Part shown: in pieces, positions 39,245 to 52,100 of the stretch
Layout of the letters: each line of letters starts with the position of its first letter
Position numbering within the stretch: position 1 is the first letter of the stretch
NCBI RefSeq assembly: GCF_964355755.1
Contig: NC_092670.1
Span: 17,098,795-17,162,794 of the forward strand
Reading direction: 5' to 3'
Length of the DNA stretch: 64,000 bases
From: Antedon mediterranea
Taxonomy: Eukaryota > Animalia > Echinodermata
The notes under the pieces: generated by a model
Told to the model about the DNA's origin: nothing
Databases searched by the model: none
The model's input: the letters and a program-made list of their open reading frames with translations, nothing else
Translations under genes and position numbers: made by a program

Positions 39245-41584
39245 ATGAGGACACATACTGAAGAGATGCCTTATGTATGTGAACATTGTGAAGAAAAGTT
39301 TAAAGAAAAACAGGATTTAGCTGAACATATGAGGGCACACACTGCAGAGATGCCTTATGTATGTGAACATTGTCAGGACAAGTTTAAAGAAAAACAGGAT
39401 TTAGCTGAACATATGAGGACACATACTGAAGAGATGCCTTATGTATGTGAACATTGTGAAGACACATTTAAAGAAAAACAGGATTTAGCTGAACATATGA
39501 GGACACACACTGCAGAGATGCCTTATGTATGTGAACATTGTGGAAAGAAGTTTAAACAAAAAAACCGTTGGACTAAACATATCAGAATACACACTGGTGA
39601 GAGGCCTCATGTATGTGAACATTGTGGAAAAGATTTTAGATTAAAATCTGTCTTGAATCAACATATTATTAACTTACACACTGGAGAGAAGCCGCATGTA
39701 TGTGAATATTGTGGAATGAGATTTAGATTGAAATCAATTTTGAGTCGACATATGGGCAAACATGCTGAATGGAGGCCTCATGTATGTGAATATTGTGGAA
39801 AGAAGTTTAAACATAAAAACCGTTGGACTAAACATATCAGAATACACACTGGTGAGAGACCTCATGTATGTGAACATTGTGGAAAAGATTTTAGATTAAA
39901 ATCTGTGTTGAATCAACATATTAGCATACACACTGGAGAGATGCCTTATATATGTGAACATTGTGGAAAGAAGTTTAAACATAAAAACCGTTGGACTAAA
40001 CATATCAGAATACACACTGGTGAGAGGCCTCATGTATGTGAACATTGTGGAAAAGATTTTAGATTAAAATCTGTGTTGAATCAACATATAAGTATACACA
40101 CTGGAGAGAAGCCGCATGTATGTGAACATTGTGGAATGGGATTTAGATTAAAATCAATCTTGAGTCGACATATGGAAAAACATGCTGAAGGGAGGCCTCA
40201 TGTATGTGAATATTGCGGAAAGAAGTTTAAATCAAAATCAACCTTGATTGTACACATTAGCATACATACTGGAGAGAGGCCTTATGTATGTGAATATTGT
40301 GGCAAGCACTTTAAACACAAACACCGTTGGACTAAACATATCACAATACACACTGGTGAGAGGCCTCATATATGTGAACATTGTGGAAAAGGTTGTAGAT
40401 TAAAATCGGGGTTGAAACGACATATGCAAATACACACTGGTGAGAGGCCTTATGTATGTGAACATTGCGGAAAAAAGTTTAGTACAGGTCAGAATTTAAA
40501 AAGACATATTTTGATACACACGGGAGAAACACCTTTTCAGTGTAAATTTTGTGATAAGAAATTTAATCGAATGGTTTTGATGAAGACTCATGAAATGGGA
40601 CATACTGGAGAACGTCCTTTTCAATGTGAAGTTTGTGGAAACGGATTTAAAGAAGCAAGTAAATTAAAAAGACATTTAAAGTTGCATACAGATGAAAAGC
40701 TAAACAAATGTAAATATTGCGAAAAGGAATTTAAAGAATATCATAGTTTGAAGAATCATTTGGAGGAAATACACAATGGACAAGCTCTATTTGAATGCTC
40801 AGTTTGTGGAAAGAAATGTCATTCCAACACATCATTAAAATTGCATTCAAAAACCCATACTAGAGAGTCATTAACTATTGAATGTGAACATTGTGGTAAG
40901 GCTTCTTCTGAGAAAAGTACTAACATGCTGTCACACTCCATTACAGATTGTGATGAGTCACCAATTAATTGCCAACATTGTGGAAAGCAATTCACCGAGA
41001 AAAGTAAGAAATTTACAGAGTTACTCTTTTTTTGTGAACATTGTGGGAGAAATTTCAAACAAAAAACTGGTCTAAAAGCACATTTAAGAATCCATACTGG
41101 AGAGTTGCCATTTGATTGTAAATATTGTGGGAAGAAATTTAGGCAATCCTATGCTATGTATGTACATTTGAGGATTCACACTGGAGAAAAGCTATATGTT
41201 TGTGAAACATGTGGAAAAAGTTTTTACACCAAAGGCAATTTGAAAAGACATTGCAGGATACATACAGGAGAACAACCCTACGAATGCAAACAATGTGGAA
41301 AGAAATTTAGTCAACGTACTGCATTAAAAGTTCATTTGAGGGTTCACACAGGAGAGACACCCTATGCATGTGAACATTGTGGAAGGAAGTTTAAAGACTA
41401 TAAATGTTTTAAAAAGCATTTAGCATTACACAATACAAATATGGCTAGTCATTCAAGTTCTACCTTTTCAATAAGTATGTCTAATTCTGCTCATTGCATT
41501 AATGATTTTCATTCTTACATTGTGTGGTTTTTAAGCACTATTTTCATGTTGGGCATGATTCTGCTGATTATAAAAATCATTTAA
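39245..41584 (+). CDS. C2H2 zinc-finger array, part 1 (~24 fingers); probably spliced at 41474 to part 2
   Basis: Repeated CxxC-12-HxxxH with TGERP linkers. Donor A|GTATGT at 41474/41475, after which the ORF becomes intron-like. Confidence 0.88.
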   Translation: MRTHTEEMPYVCEHCEEKFKEKQDLAEHMRAHTAEMPYVCEHCQDKFKEKQDLAEHMRTHTEEMPYVCEHCEDTFKEKQDLAEHMRTHTAEMPYVCEHCGKKFKQKNRWTKHIRIHTGERPHVCEHCGKDFRLKSVLNQHIINLHTGEKPHVCEYCGMRFRLKSILSRHMGKHAEWRPHVCEYCGKKFKHKNRWTKHIRIHTGERPHVCEHCGKDFRLKSVLNQHISIHTGEMPYICEHCGKKFKHKNRWTKHIRIHTGERPHVCEHCGKDFRLKSVLNQHISIHTGEKPHVCEHCGMGFRLKSILSRHMEKHAEGRPHVCEYCGKKFKSKSTLIVHISIHTGERPYVCEYCGKHFKHKHRWTKHITIHTGERPHICEHCGKGCRLKSGLKRHMQIHTGERPYVCEHCGKKFSTGQNLKRHILIHTGETPFQCKFCDKKFNRMVLMKTHEMGHTGERPFQCEVCGNGFKEASKLKRHLKLHTDEKLNKCKYCEKEFKEYHSLKNHLEEIHNGQALFECSVCGKKCHSNTSLKLHSKTHTRESLTIECEHCGKASSEKSTNMLSHSITDCDESPINCQHCGKQFTEKSKKFTELLFFCEHCGRNFKQKTGLKAHLRIHTGELPFDCKYCGKKFRQSYAMYVHLRIHTGEKLYVCETCGKSFYTKGNLKRHCRIHTGEQPYECKQCGKKFSQRTALKVHLRVHTGETPYACEHCGRKFKDYKCFKKHLALHNTNMASHSSSTFSISMSNSAHCINDFHSYIVWFLSTIFMLGMILLIIKII

Positions 41585-42029
41585 ATATTATAAGTAATAT
41601 AAATATAAACAAGACCAATAACAAAATATTTAAAAAATCCCTGTACTAATACTACAATGATTTTTTTTGGAAAATAGGCCAAATATTAATTTATAACCAA
41701 TTTCTGTATTACCGTATGTCATATTTCTAAATTTTTTAGTTGGCTTTCAAGATTCAATAGGGAGCCTTGCGATTTGCGACAAAAAACAACCTAACTATAG
41801 GTTATGTCGATTCATTGTGCATGTTGGGAATTTGGGACATGCTTCCTTGGTCAACACCTCAACCCGGTACTACTGTATTGGTGGTTCTAGATCCAGAAAA
41901 CAACTAATTCCTCCTCGGTCGTTTTTTTTTTACAAATCCACATTCAACTTACACAATTTAATACAGATATCTAGTACGACACAATAAATGCTTCATTGCC
42001 TAAAGATATATTCATATTTTTTTTTCCAG

Positions 42030-44506
42030 TTAATGACAAGAAGATTTCTAATGAAGATGAACTATATACAGTTGGTAATGATATGAAAAATTGTTTGCCA
42101 AAGGTAAAAGAAACAGACGAATCTCAGGAAGTTGAAATTTGTCTGGATTCAGAGCAAATACAAATTATAATTTATGAAAACTTTCAATTATTTGAAACAG
42201 CGATGAGTGAAAAAGAACAGAATACAAACAGCCTAAACAAAGATACCTGTATTTTGAATAGTCCAATAGAAGGCAGAGAAATCATTGGCGAAAGTGAGCC
42301 TAGAAGTAATGATGACAACACTTGCATGGATGACACTAGTAAAACAACTGAACAGTACAATACAAATTCAACAGCAACAAAATTCTTGAAAGAAGAAGAA
42401 TGTGAATATGATAAAAATCCTGCTAATGATAGACAATTGAAAATGCAAACAAAAATTTCACACGAATTCGAAGTACAAAATGAATATCAAATCCAGGTGT
42501 GTGAACAAGAGGAATTGAGTCTTGAATCCCACATGAGAGTACAGATAGAGGAATTACCTGAAAATATTAGGAACCATACTGACGAGATGCCTTATGTTTG
42601 TGAACATTGTGAGGACAATTTTAAAGAAAAACAGGATTTAGCTGAACATATGAGGACACATACTGAAGAGATGCCTTATGTATGTGAACATTGTGAGGAC
42701 ACATTTAGAGAGAAACAGGATTTAGCTGAACATATGTGGACACATACTGAAGAGATGCCTTATGTATGTGAAGAAAAGTTTAAAGAAAAACAGGATTTAG
42801 CTGAACATATGAGGGCACATACTGAAGAGATGGCTTATGTATGTGAACATTGTGAAGACAAGTTTAGAGAAAAACAGGATTTAGCTGAACATATGAGGAC
42901 ACACACTGCAGAGATGCCTTATGTATGTGAACATTGTGAAGACAAGTTTAGAAAAAAACAGGATTTAGCTGAACATATGAGGACACATACTGAAGAGATG
43001 CCTTATGTATGTGAACATTGTGAAGACAAGTTTAGAGAAAAACAGGATTTAGCTAAACATATGAGGACACACACTGCAGAGATGCCTTATGTATGTGAAC
43101 ATTGTGAAGACAAGTTTAAAGAAAAACAAGGTTTAGCTGAACATATGAGGACACATACTGACGAGATGCCTTATGTATGTGAACATTGTGAGGACAAGTT
43201 TAAAGAAAAACAGGATTTAGCTGAACATATGAGGACACATACTGACGAGATGCCTTATGTATGTGAACATTGTGAGGAAAAATTTAGAGAAAAACAGGAT
43301 TTAGCTGAACATATGAGGTCACATACTGCAGAGATGCCTTATGTATGTGAACATTGTGGAAAGAAGTTTAAACAAAAAAACCGTTGGACTAAACATATTA
43401 CAATACACACTGGAGAAAAGCCTCATATATGTGAACATTGTGGAAAGGATTTTAGATTAAAATCGTTCTTGAATAAACATATGAAAATACACACTGGAGA
43501 GAGGCCTTATGTATGTGAACATTGTGGACAGAGGTTTATTACAAGTCATAATTTAAAAAGACATATTTTGATACACACAGGAGAAACACCTTATCAGTGT
43601 AAATTTTGTGATAAGAAATTTAATCAATTGGTTGTGATGAAGACTCATGAAATGGGACATACTGGAGAACGTCCTTTTCAATGTGAAGTTTGTGGAAACG
43701 GATTTAAAGAAGCAAGTAAATTAAAAAGACATTTAAAGTTGCGTACAGATGAAAAGCCAAACAAATGTAAATATTGTGAAAAGGAATTTAAAGAATATCA
43801 TAGTTTGAAGAATCATTTGGAGGAAATACACACTGGACAAGCTCTATTTGAATGCTCAGTTTGTGGAAAGAAATGTCATTCCAACACATCATTAAAATTG
43901 CATTTAAAAACCCATACTAGAGAGTCATTAACTATTGAATGTGAACATTGTGGTAAGGCTTCTTCTGAGAAAAGTAACATGCTGTCACACTCCATTACAG
44001 ATTGTGATGAGTCACCAATTAATTGCCAACATTGTGGAAAGCAATTCACAGAGAAAAGTAAGAAATTTACAGAGTCACTCTTTTTTTGTGAACATTGTGG
44101 GAGAAAATTCAAACAAAAAAGTGGTCTAAAAGCACATTTAAGAATCCATACTGGAGAGTTGCCATTTGATTGTAAATATTGTGGGAAGAAATTTAGGCAA
44201 TCCAGCAGTATGCATGAACATTTGAGGATTCACACTGGAGAAAAGCCATATGTTTGTGAAACATGTGGAAAACAATTTTACAAAAAAGGCAATTTGCAAA
44301 GACATTGCAGGATACATACAGGAGAACAACCCTACGAATGCAAACAATGTGGAAAGAAATTTAGTCAACGTACTGCATTAAAAGTTCATTTGAGGATTCA
44401 CACAGGAGAGACACCCTATGCATGTGAACATTGTGGGAAAAAATTCAAGGATTTTAGTAGTTGTAAAAAACATGTGTTATTGCATGTTAAAAAGCTCCAG
44501 ATATAA
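42030..44506 (+). CDS. C2H2 zinc-finger array, part 2 (acidic spacer plus ~19 fingers)
   Basis: Polypyrimidine/CCAG acceptor at 42029; C-terminal half near-identical to part 1 (CKFC, CEVC, CKYC, CSVC ... CKQC fingers). Confidence 0.9.
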
Positions 44507-45502
44507 TAAGATGCTTACTAAATACAATTTCAGTTGATAAATGGCATTGCCATTTTGAAAAGTTTAGTTATGTATATTGTTGTTACTACACTGTTTATCT
44601 TTAAACTAAAAGTTATTTGTTTTGAAAAGTTTATTTATGTACATTGTGAATGTTGTTGCTACAATGTTTATCTTTAAATTATTTGTTGTTTTTGGATGGT
44701 AAAAATTGCCAGAGCACATTGTATTGTTGTTCTGTAATAAAAGATCTTTGAAAAAAATATTGTATTTGTATTTTAATTTCTCCTTTACTGAGGGGGAAAA
44801 AGTGGTTGGAAAAGTTTTTAGAAAGTTTTAACCAATCATTTTTTCTAGATAAACCGCGCGTTTATCCCTCCTCCACACGCGTTTTCAACCCAAAATACAA
44901 CACAACCACGAGGAGTACGTACTCTGGTCGGTTCGCGCCCTCTACCAAGGCTTTGTTTACCGTTCCTTCTGCAGTATTATATAGGCCTAGGCTCTCTCTC
45001 TGGAGGAGGTACGTGGCCGTTGATTTGTCGGTTTGAAATTGGATAAATAATTATTATAAATATATTATAGGCCTAATAATTATTCTAAACTTGATTTTTT
45101 TTTAATATTGAGAGAGATTATTTAGAAGGTTAGGTTTAGTTTGGGAAGTAGATCAGCTATCTTGCAATTCTTTGTAATAGAAAATAATTAAGGTAATGAA
45201 TTATTCATGATTCCTGCCTTAATTGCATAGGAAAAAAATAATGCAAACAAACAAACAAACAAGTGTTATATTATTTTTACATTAGGTATGTTTTTGTTAT
45301 TGAATGCTGATTATTCACATCGATTAAAAAATAATGGATCGATCACACCACCACATGATGATTATTGTATTGACTACAGACAATGGACTAAATGACATGT
45401 ATACTAAAATACAAACATCTTGAAAATGAACAGAAATCTTTTCATGAAATGTATCCAAAAAATTGAACTTATGGTGTAACATTAAATGAAATAAAAACAC
45501 TA

Positions 45503-46733
45503 ATGGCTATGGAAGAAGATTCTGAAATCAATGTTGAAATAGGTAAAGTTTATATTTATATGCATATTTTATTATTTGTTATGGTTACATTATATATGTC
45601 CTATTTAAATATCAATAAGCATTTTACATATTGTTTTATTTCATAAATACTGTACTGCAGTTGTTCTTTTTCAGGTTACTATAAAGAATATATTCGGATT
45701 GATGAAGAAGGCTCAGATGAAGAACTTGCAGAAGAAAGTAATGAAGATAATTTGGTAACTAATAAAACTGGATTTATTTATGCTCAAAATAAAGATGGTG
45801 AAAAATGTATTGATGATTGCAAAATGCAAAAATCTGTAAAATTGATAGAAGACAATAGTGAAGATGAAATGATGTATAAATGTGAACATTGTGCACAGAA
45901 TGTAGATTTAAATACATTAAGAGTTCATTTGGGAATTGAAAGAGAAAAAATGCAATTTGAATATGAATTTTGTGGAAAGGTATTTGATCATGAAAGTAAT
46001 TTAAGAATTCATCTTAGAAGGCATACTGGAAAGATACCATATGAATGTAAATACTGTAGAAAAATTTGTAATAAACTTACTGATTTGGAAAAACATATAC
46101 GGATGCATACAGGGGAAACACAATATGAATGTGAATACTGTGGAAGGACGTTTAATAGGTTTAGTCATCTGGAAAGGCATATAAGAATACATACTGGTGA
46201 AACTCCATTCAAATGTGACTATTGTGAAAAGAAGTTCCAACGCAAGAGCTATTTGAAAACTCATATGATGATACATACAGGTGATTCACCACATGTCTGT
46301 CAACATTGTGGAAAGAAATTTATCCAGAAGTGCAATTTAAGAACACACTTAAGAGTACACACTGGGGAAACACCATTCTAATGTGAACTATGTGGCAGAA
46401 AATTTAAAAATAATAGTTATTTGAAAACACATATGATGATACACACAGGAGAGACGCCATTTGAATGTCAGCAGTGTGGAAAGAAATTTAGCAAAAACAG
46501 CAATTTGAAAAGACACTTGTTAATACATACAGGGGAGACGCCTTATAAATGTGGAGATTGTGGGAGAAAATTTAATCAAAGGCAATTTAAATGCCCATTT
46601 GATTTTACATACAAGAGAAACGCCTTTTAATTGTGATATTTGTGGCAAGAAATTTGGACAAATACCATATTTAAAAGCTCATTTAAAAATACATAATAAA
46701 AATTCTACAGCAGCATTAGTGACATGTACATAA
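45503..46733 (+). pseudogene. Disrupted C2H2 zinc-finger gene (exons ~45503-45542, 45675-46733)
   Basis: In-frame TAA at 46379-46381 immediately before a CxxC, and a frameshift at ~46578 (aatcaaaggcaat); fingers continue past both lesions. Confidence 0.75.
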
Positions 46734-46869
46734 AGAACCAAATGTTGTAAATTATTATAAATGCATCTTTTACTTGAGGACATATGTAATGTTGGCACAT
46801 TGTGGTCTTTTGTTCCTTCGTTCATTGTCCCATGACCTAGTAGTACTTTCATTATACAACACTCATAAA

Positions 46870-47135
46870 CTCGCAAATGTTTGGTAGGAAAAAACTTGTT
46901 GTACGCAGTGGTGAGGGTATCATTCATTATATTCACTTTATCATATACATCTTTTATACTATAGACCTGCGACCAGTCAAATTTGGTAATCCAGTTTCCG
47001 AAATTTCTCATCGACGAATCAGTACAAGGCTTAAAAATCTTTGTAACCATTTTACCATTACACTTAATTGAGTCCAGCGGTTTCCAAATAATGACATCAC
47101 TTTTTCCAAGTGGGGCTTGAATTGTAGGAGTCATG
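46870..47135 (-). mobile_element. LINE (CR1/L2-group-like) ORF2 fragment, end of endonuclease plus linker
   Basis: APLGKSD...FGNWITKFDWSQVY...DKV...AYNKFFPTKHLR pattern typical of the post-endonuclease region. Confidence 0.65.
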
Positions 47136-49107
47136 GTAGAGTTGACTGTGTTAGAATTTAAAACAAATAAATGAAATACACACAATATAAAATTAATTGA
47201 TAAGTTTATGGGAAAATAAATGTGCAAATACACTACAATTCATAAAATGTAGATGTACAACAGTATAATAATAATCAATCGCATTTAGAAATTATACATT
47301 GATATTGCTTTTTCGTTAATAAACAAACATGGTTTAGGCGGAAATGTATAGTACCCACCACACATCAATTATAATATAGCAAATAGAAAAAAATGCTAAA
47401 TATTTGAAGATTTAAATCCCATCACCACTAATGTTAGTCCAAATTCATGTTTACCAGCATGCAATTTATTTAAGTATTATTGCTCTAATATAAATGTATG
47501 CGACGCCCAGATTTATAGATTGGATTTTACGACACTATAAAAAGATTAAAAATGATGAAACTAAATATCACCAAATTCATAAAAGTATGGACGGAAAAGA
47601 ACCCCACTTAAGAACATTTAATAGGATTCATTGATATGTGTATACAAAAAAAAATCATTTCCTGGGCCTTCCTACTGTACAAATATGTTTGACTTCTGTT
47701 GATTAAATGCACATTGTAATATACAGAAATAAATTGTGGTACAAAGTACAAAATATAGATAGAAATCATTGTATATTTTTATATTTCATAGTTTTCAAGA
47801 GTACTGTAAAACTGTAAATAAAGTCTTTAAATGAAGTCTTCAAATTAGTATATAAATACTAAATATTAAATCAGTGAAATGTTATTAATTAAAGTCCCCC
47901 TCACTAATAAACAGTACCTTATTGTTGCAGCAATTTGGTCTATTTTAAAAGGATTGACATTATTTAAATTGAGAATATTTTCTCCCTACAGTACACCCAG
48001 GCTGCAGCAAGAACGGTGATATAACCACCAATTATTAATTAAATTACAGTATGCTGGCTCTTTGTTGTACACGATAGAAGCGTCTCTTTCCCTTTATCCA
48101 CTTACTCTACTAATTAATCAGTAATTATACTTTACTACATTTTCCTTCTTTAATTTAATCTACAATTATAATATTCCTATGTTCCCATCCAAAATAGTGT
48201 TAACAAAAACGAAAATTAAGTCCAATGTTGGATATACATATCCTCGTGATTTCTGTATAATGCAATAAATCATAGAAATTACTACAGTATAACAACAAAT
48301 AATAATACTTATTATTGGAATGGATAGAATATTTCTATTAGTTGAAAGATGGACTGCAACTGGTCTATTTATCGATGTGGAGCAGTTCATCTCTCAGCTA
48401 ATGTAATCCATTCCACAAATACAAACATTATTTGTTTTATAACACACCTGTGACTGTCAAAGGCTAGGCACTAGACCTATACAAATTATGGTGTGTGGAG
48501 TAGAGCACACTTAAGGTCGGTTTTCAAATGCAACATCATGTTCACAAAATTCTAAATTAACCCTGAACATTCAAAGTTCCACTAATCATGGGGTTGGATC
48601 CAAATAATGCATGGCACATGACAAGCGACCAATTAAATGGCAAGGATACACATTGGTGTGTTATACTATTTTTAACGTACAGCTTGTTAGACTGGAGAAC
48701 TTGTGTTATTTATTGCACTATTAACAGTTGATCTACATCGCAAAAAACAATGCAATATATATCCTATGTTATAATTAAATTTATATTCCTGATTATAGGA
48801 TCTAAAACAAAACTAATTTAACATGTTCTGCTTACATGCTCCATTATTCATTTGCTTATAGATTATATTCAAATCAAAATGTTAATTTACTTCAATAAAT
48901 TATTTGAATTAAACTTTATGTAGATTAACAAGTTAACATACAATACTTGATTTGTTTCAGAGAAGACAGTAAGAAATTTGCATGTTACACAGGTGTTTTC
49001 AATACACAAATTATCTTCAAAACTGTCAAAAGTGAGCAAATTGCCATCAATGGCAATGTTTCTTTTTGGTAGTATAAAACATGTAAGTTGTTTTTAAATT
49101 ATGTTGT

Positions 49108-52100
49108 TCAGTCAAGTAGCTGCATATTGATCATTTCCCATTGTTGCGTCTTGTGACCATTGCATGGTTTCACACTTGGTTCATCGTGAGCCTTTTCTGA
49201 TGTATCCAAGCATAGTCCACTGCTATGTTTCAATTCTTTGGTCTGAAAACAAGAATAACTCAATGAAAGGAAATAACCATGTCTGATGAAGACCATGTAC
49301 AGACATGCAAAGGTACAGTATAAAATAAGATAGCATAAGAAATAATAAACAACAACTATCTCATCTCCACGCTACTGTATATATCGGTGTATAGTATATA
49401 AATAATTCACATTTATTCAACAGGTAGTTCATTCATTAATTTATATTACTTATTAGCCAAGCCGTTCAGGCATTTGATAGAGCTACTTGCTTTAGAGCTA
49501 CTCCGACTTTTAACTAGTAAACTCTCCCAATACTGGACTCTCTCTCAAAACCAGTCCAGAAGGTCCCAAATTTTTCTTAATCATTAAAAACACATTCTGA
49601 ATATCAGACTTTACAGAGAGGTGTCAGTTATTGGGAGAGTTGACTGTACAATTACTGAAAATATACCATCATGGTTTTTTTCATCTGCTCTGATGGTACA
49701 GTACAATCAATAGTAAATTTCATATATTGAACATTTTCCTTATTAATTCACCCATTCATTCTGTTAATAAATTGTTCCTATTCATTGGGTGTATTATTAG
49801 GTGCAGGTTGTGTAGACATAGGTATAGGTTTATAGGAGACTCAACAAAAAATATTAATGTATACTGCAATATATTCACCCATGTCTTGCGCAATATTTGT
49901 TTAATTTGTACCTTAGTTGATTATAGTAAGTCTACATTAACTTAACTAATACTACAAACTAAATGATACCTGTTGGTAGCAAGTATTTTCACCAACTTTG
50001 TTTACATTCAGTCATTAGTAATTAGTTCTAAACTCATTCCTCTATGGTGTAACTTATTAAATAATATTTCTTGTATATTCAGGTTGCTTTGTAAAATAAA
50101 TTGCTGTCATCTACATACAGTGCAAGTTTGGGAGTTGCTGGAAGGTGGCAAGCAGTGAGGGGAAAGAATAATTAAATTAATAATTTCAGCCAAAGAATGC
50201 AAGAGAAGTGTAGCTTTTGCATGCAGAGTGAATTTAAAAAAAAAAGCAACATAAATGAAGATGCAGTGGAGCAAAAGAGTGCACCTAACATCGCTCTCAC
50301 CTCTTGAAAATAAGTCCACTTTTGCCTTTCCTACATTGAAAAATAATTTGTATATTATTTTTGTGCTTATTTCACAAAAAGGATAAAATACCCTTATTCA
50401 CTATGCAGACACGCAAAAACTTAAGTCGCGGAAACATAAACATAACAAATAAAAGTCCATGCCCAATAAAGTAGGATCAAGGAAAGAGAGTCCAAATCTA
50501 ATCTATCAAACTATCTGTTTTCCTTATCTCCTTTCATACCTGTTAAGGCCAATTTACACAGATGAGCTGCAACGGTAATAAAAATATGGAATCTACATGG
50601 TTTTTCGCTTATTGAATTGAATTGAATTGAAATTTATATTTATACTGGGTAACCTCTTCAGTCAAAGACTGGTCTCCCAGAGGGCCCAGTTGGTGATCAG
50701 TGGCTGTGATGTACTAATACACCGGGGTAACCCCCTACTCGAAAGATGTACTAGGTTCTTTAAAGTGCACACGAGCTAGATGTGTACACTGGACCTACGG
50801 TTTATAGTCCTTATCCGAGAAGACTCGTTCTACCACCAGAACCATGGAGTGAGTGAGCATCGAACCCCTGCCGATGTTATGGCTACGTAATTACGGTTCC
50901 ACTGTCTTAACCGCTCGGCCACTCACTCACTTATTGTTACCGCTCGTTTGTGTAAATTGGCTTTTAAACTGTGTCTACACTATCAAACTAGTTTGACGAA
51001 ACAAGTGCCCAAATATAGTAGTGGTATGCCATATATGGGCACATCACATGTCACATAAAGCATAGAGATATTATAGTGAACATAATATCTCTATGCATAA
51101 AGTTTGATTTGCTCACTCTATGAAGATATTATTTTTATCAATTGTATTAGCTAGTACAGTATGTCAAAAATGTGCCATGAAAAAAGTTAGCGACATTTAA
51201 CCTTTACATGTACCTGCCACAGCAATACATGTGTTGAATTAAGTTAAAAAACAAATAATTTTAGATTGAAATAGCCAATCTGTTTGCTATTCATGGAAAT
51301 TAATAGCAACACAAAGTACAGTATAGATTTCCTGCTGTAAAAATGAATAGTTAACAATGTGTGTAATGATACTTAATATTAAATGAGATTTTCAATTATA
51401 AATTCAGACTAATTAAAGCTATATGCGTTAAGTGCATGGAAGCATAAAGCATTAATGGTGAATGGAAACATTGCACATATTAACTAGAGCATTAGGCATT
51501 CAATCAAAAGTAAGCATGATAGAAAATTAATGTTTCATGTATTTCATATCTTGTTTCATGCTTTTATAATTGACTAAAACTGTATACAGTAGTAACATAA
51601 CCTAATTCCACAGTCCACAAAACAGAATAGCAAGGCTGTCTAGCTTGATAACACATTGAATAACAAAGTTATATAGATAGAGTTCTCCACAATACATTGA
51701 ATATCTAGCAGAATAGCAAGGCTGTCTAGCTTGATAACACATTGAATAACAACGTTATATAGATAGGGTTCTCCACAATACATTGAATATCTAGCAGAAT
51801 AGCAAGGATGTATAGATAGGGTTCTCCACACATTGAATATCTAGCAGAATAGCAAGGCTATATAGATAGGGTTCTCCAAAATACATTGACTATCTAGCAG
51901 AATAGCAAGGCTATATAGATAGGGTTCTCCACAATACATTGACTATCTAGCAGAATAGCAAGGCTATCGATAGAGTTCTCCACAATACATTGACTATCTA
52001 GCAGAATAGCAAGGCTGTATAGATAGGGTTCTCCACAATACATTGACTATCTAGCAGAATAACAAAGCTATATAGATAGGGTTCTCCACAATACATTGAC

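Noticed and set aside
41475-41584. C-terminal transmembrane helix on the zinc-finger protein
   Set aside because: It follows a good splice donor and is AT-rich; most likely intron read-through.
49950-50330. Possible extra GALNT exon or RT remnant (LYVDDSNLF in one minus-strand frame)
   Set aside because: No lectin-like motif or convincing splice sites; the RT similarity is too short to call.
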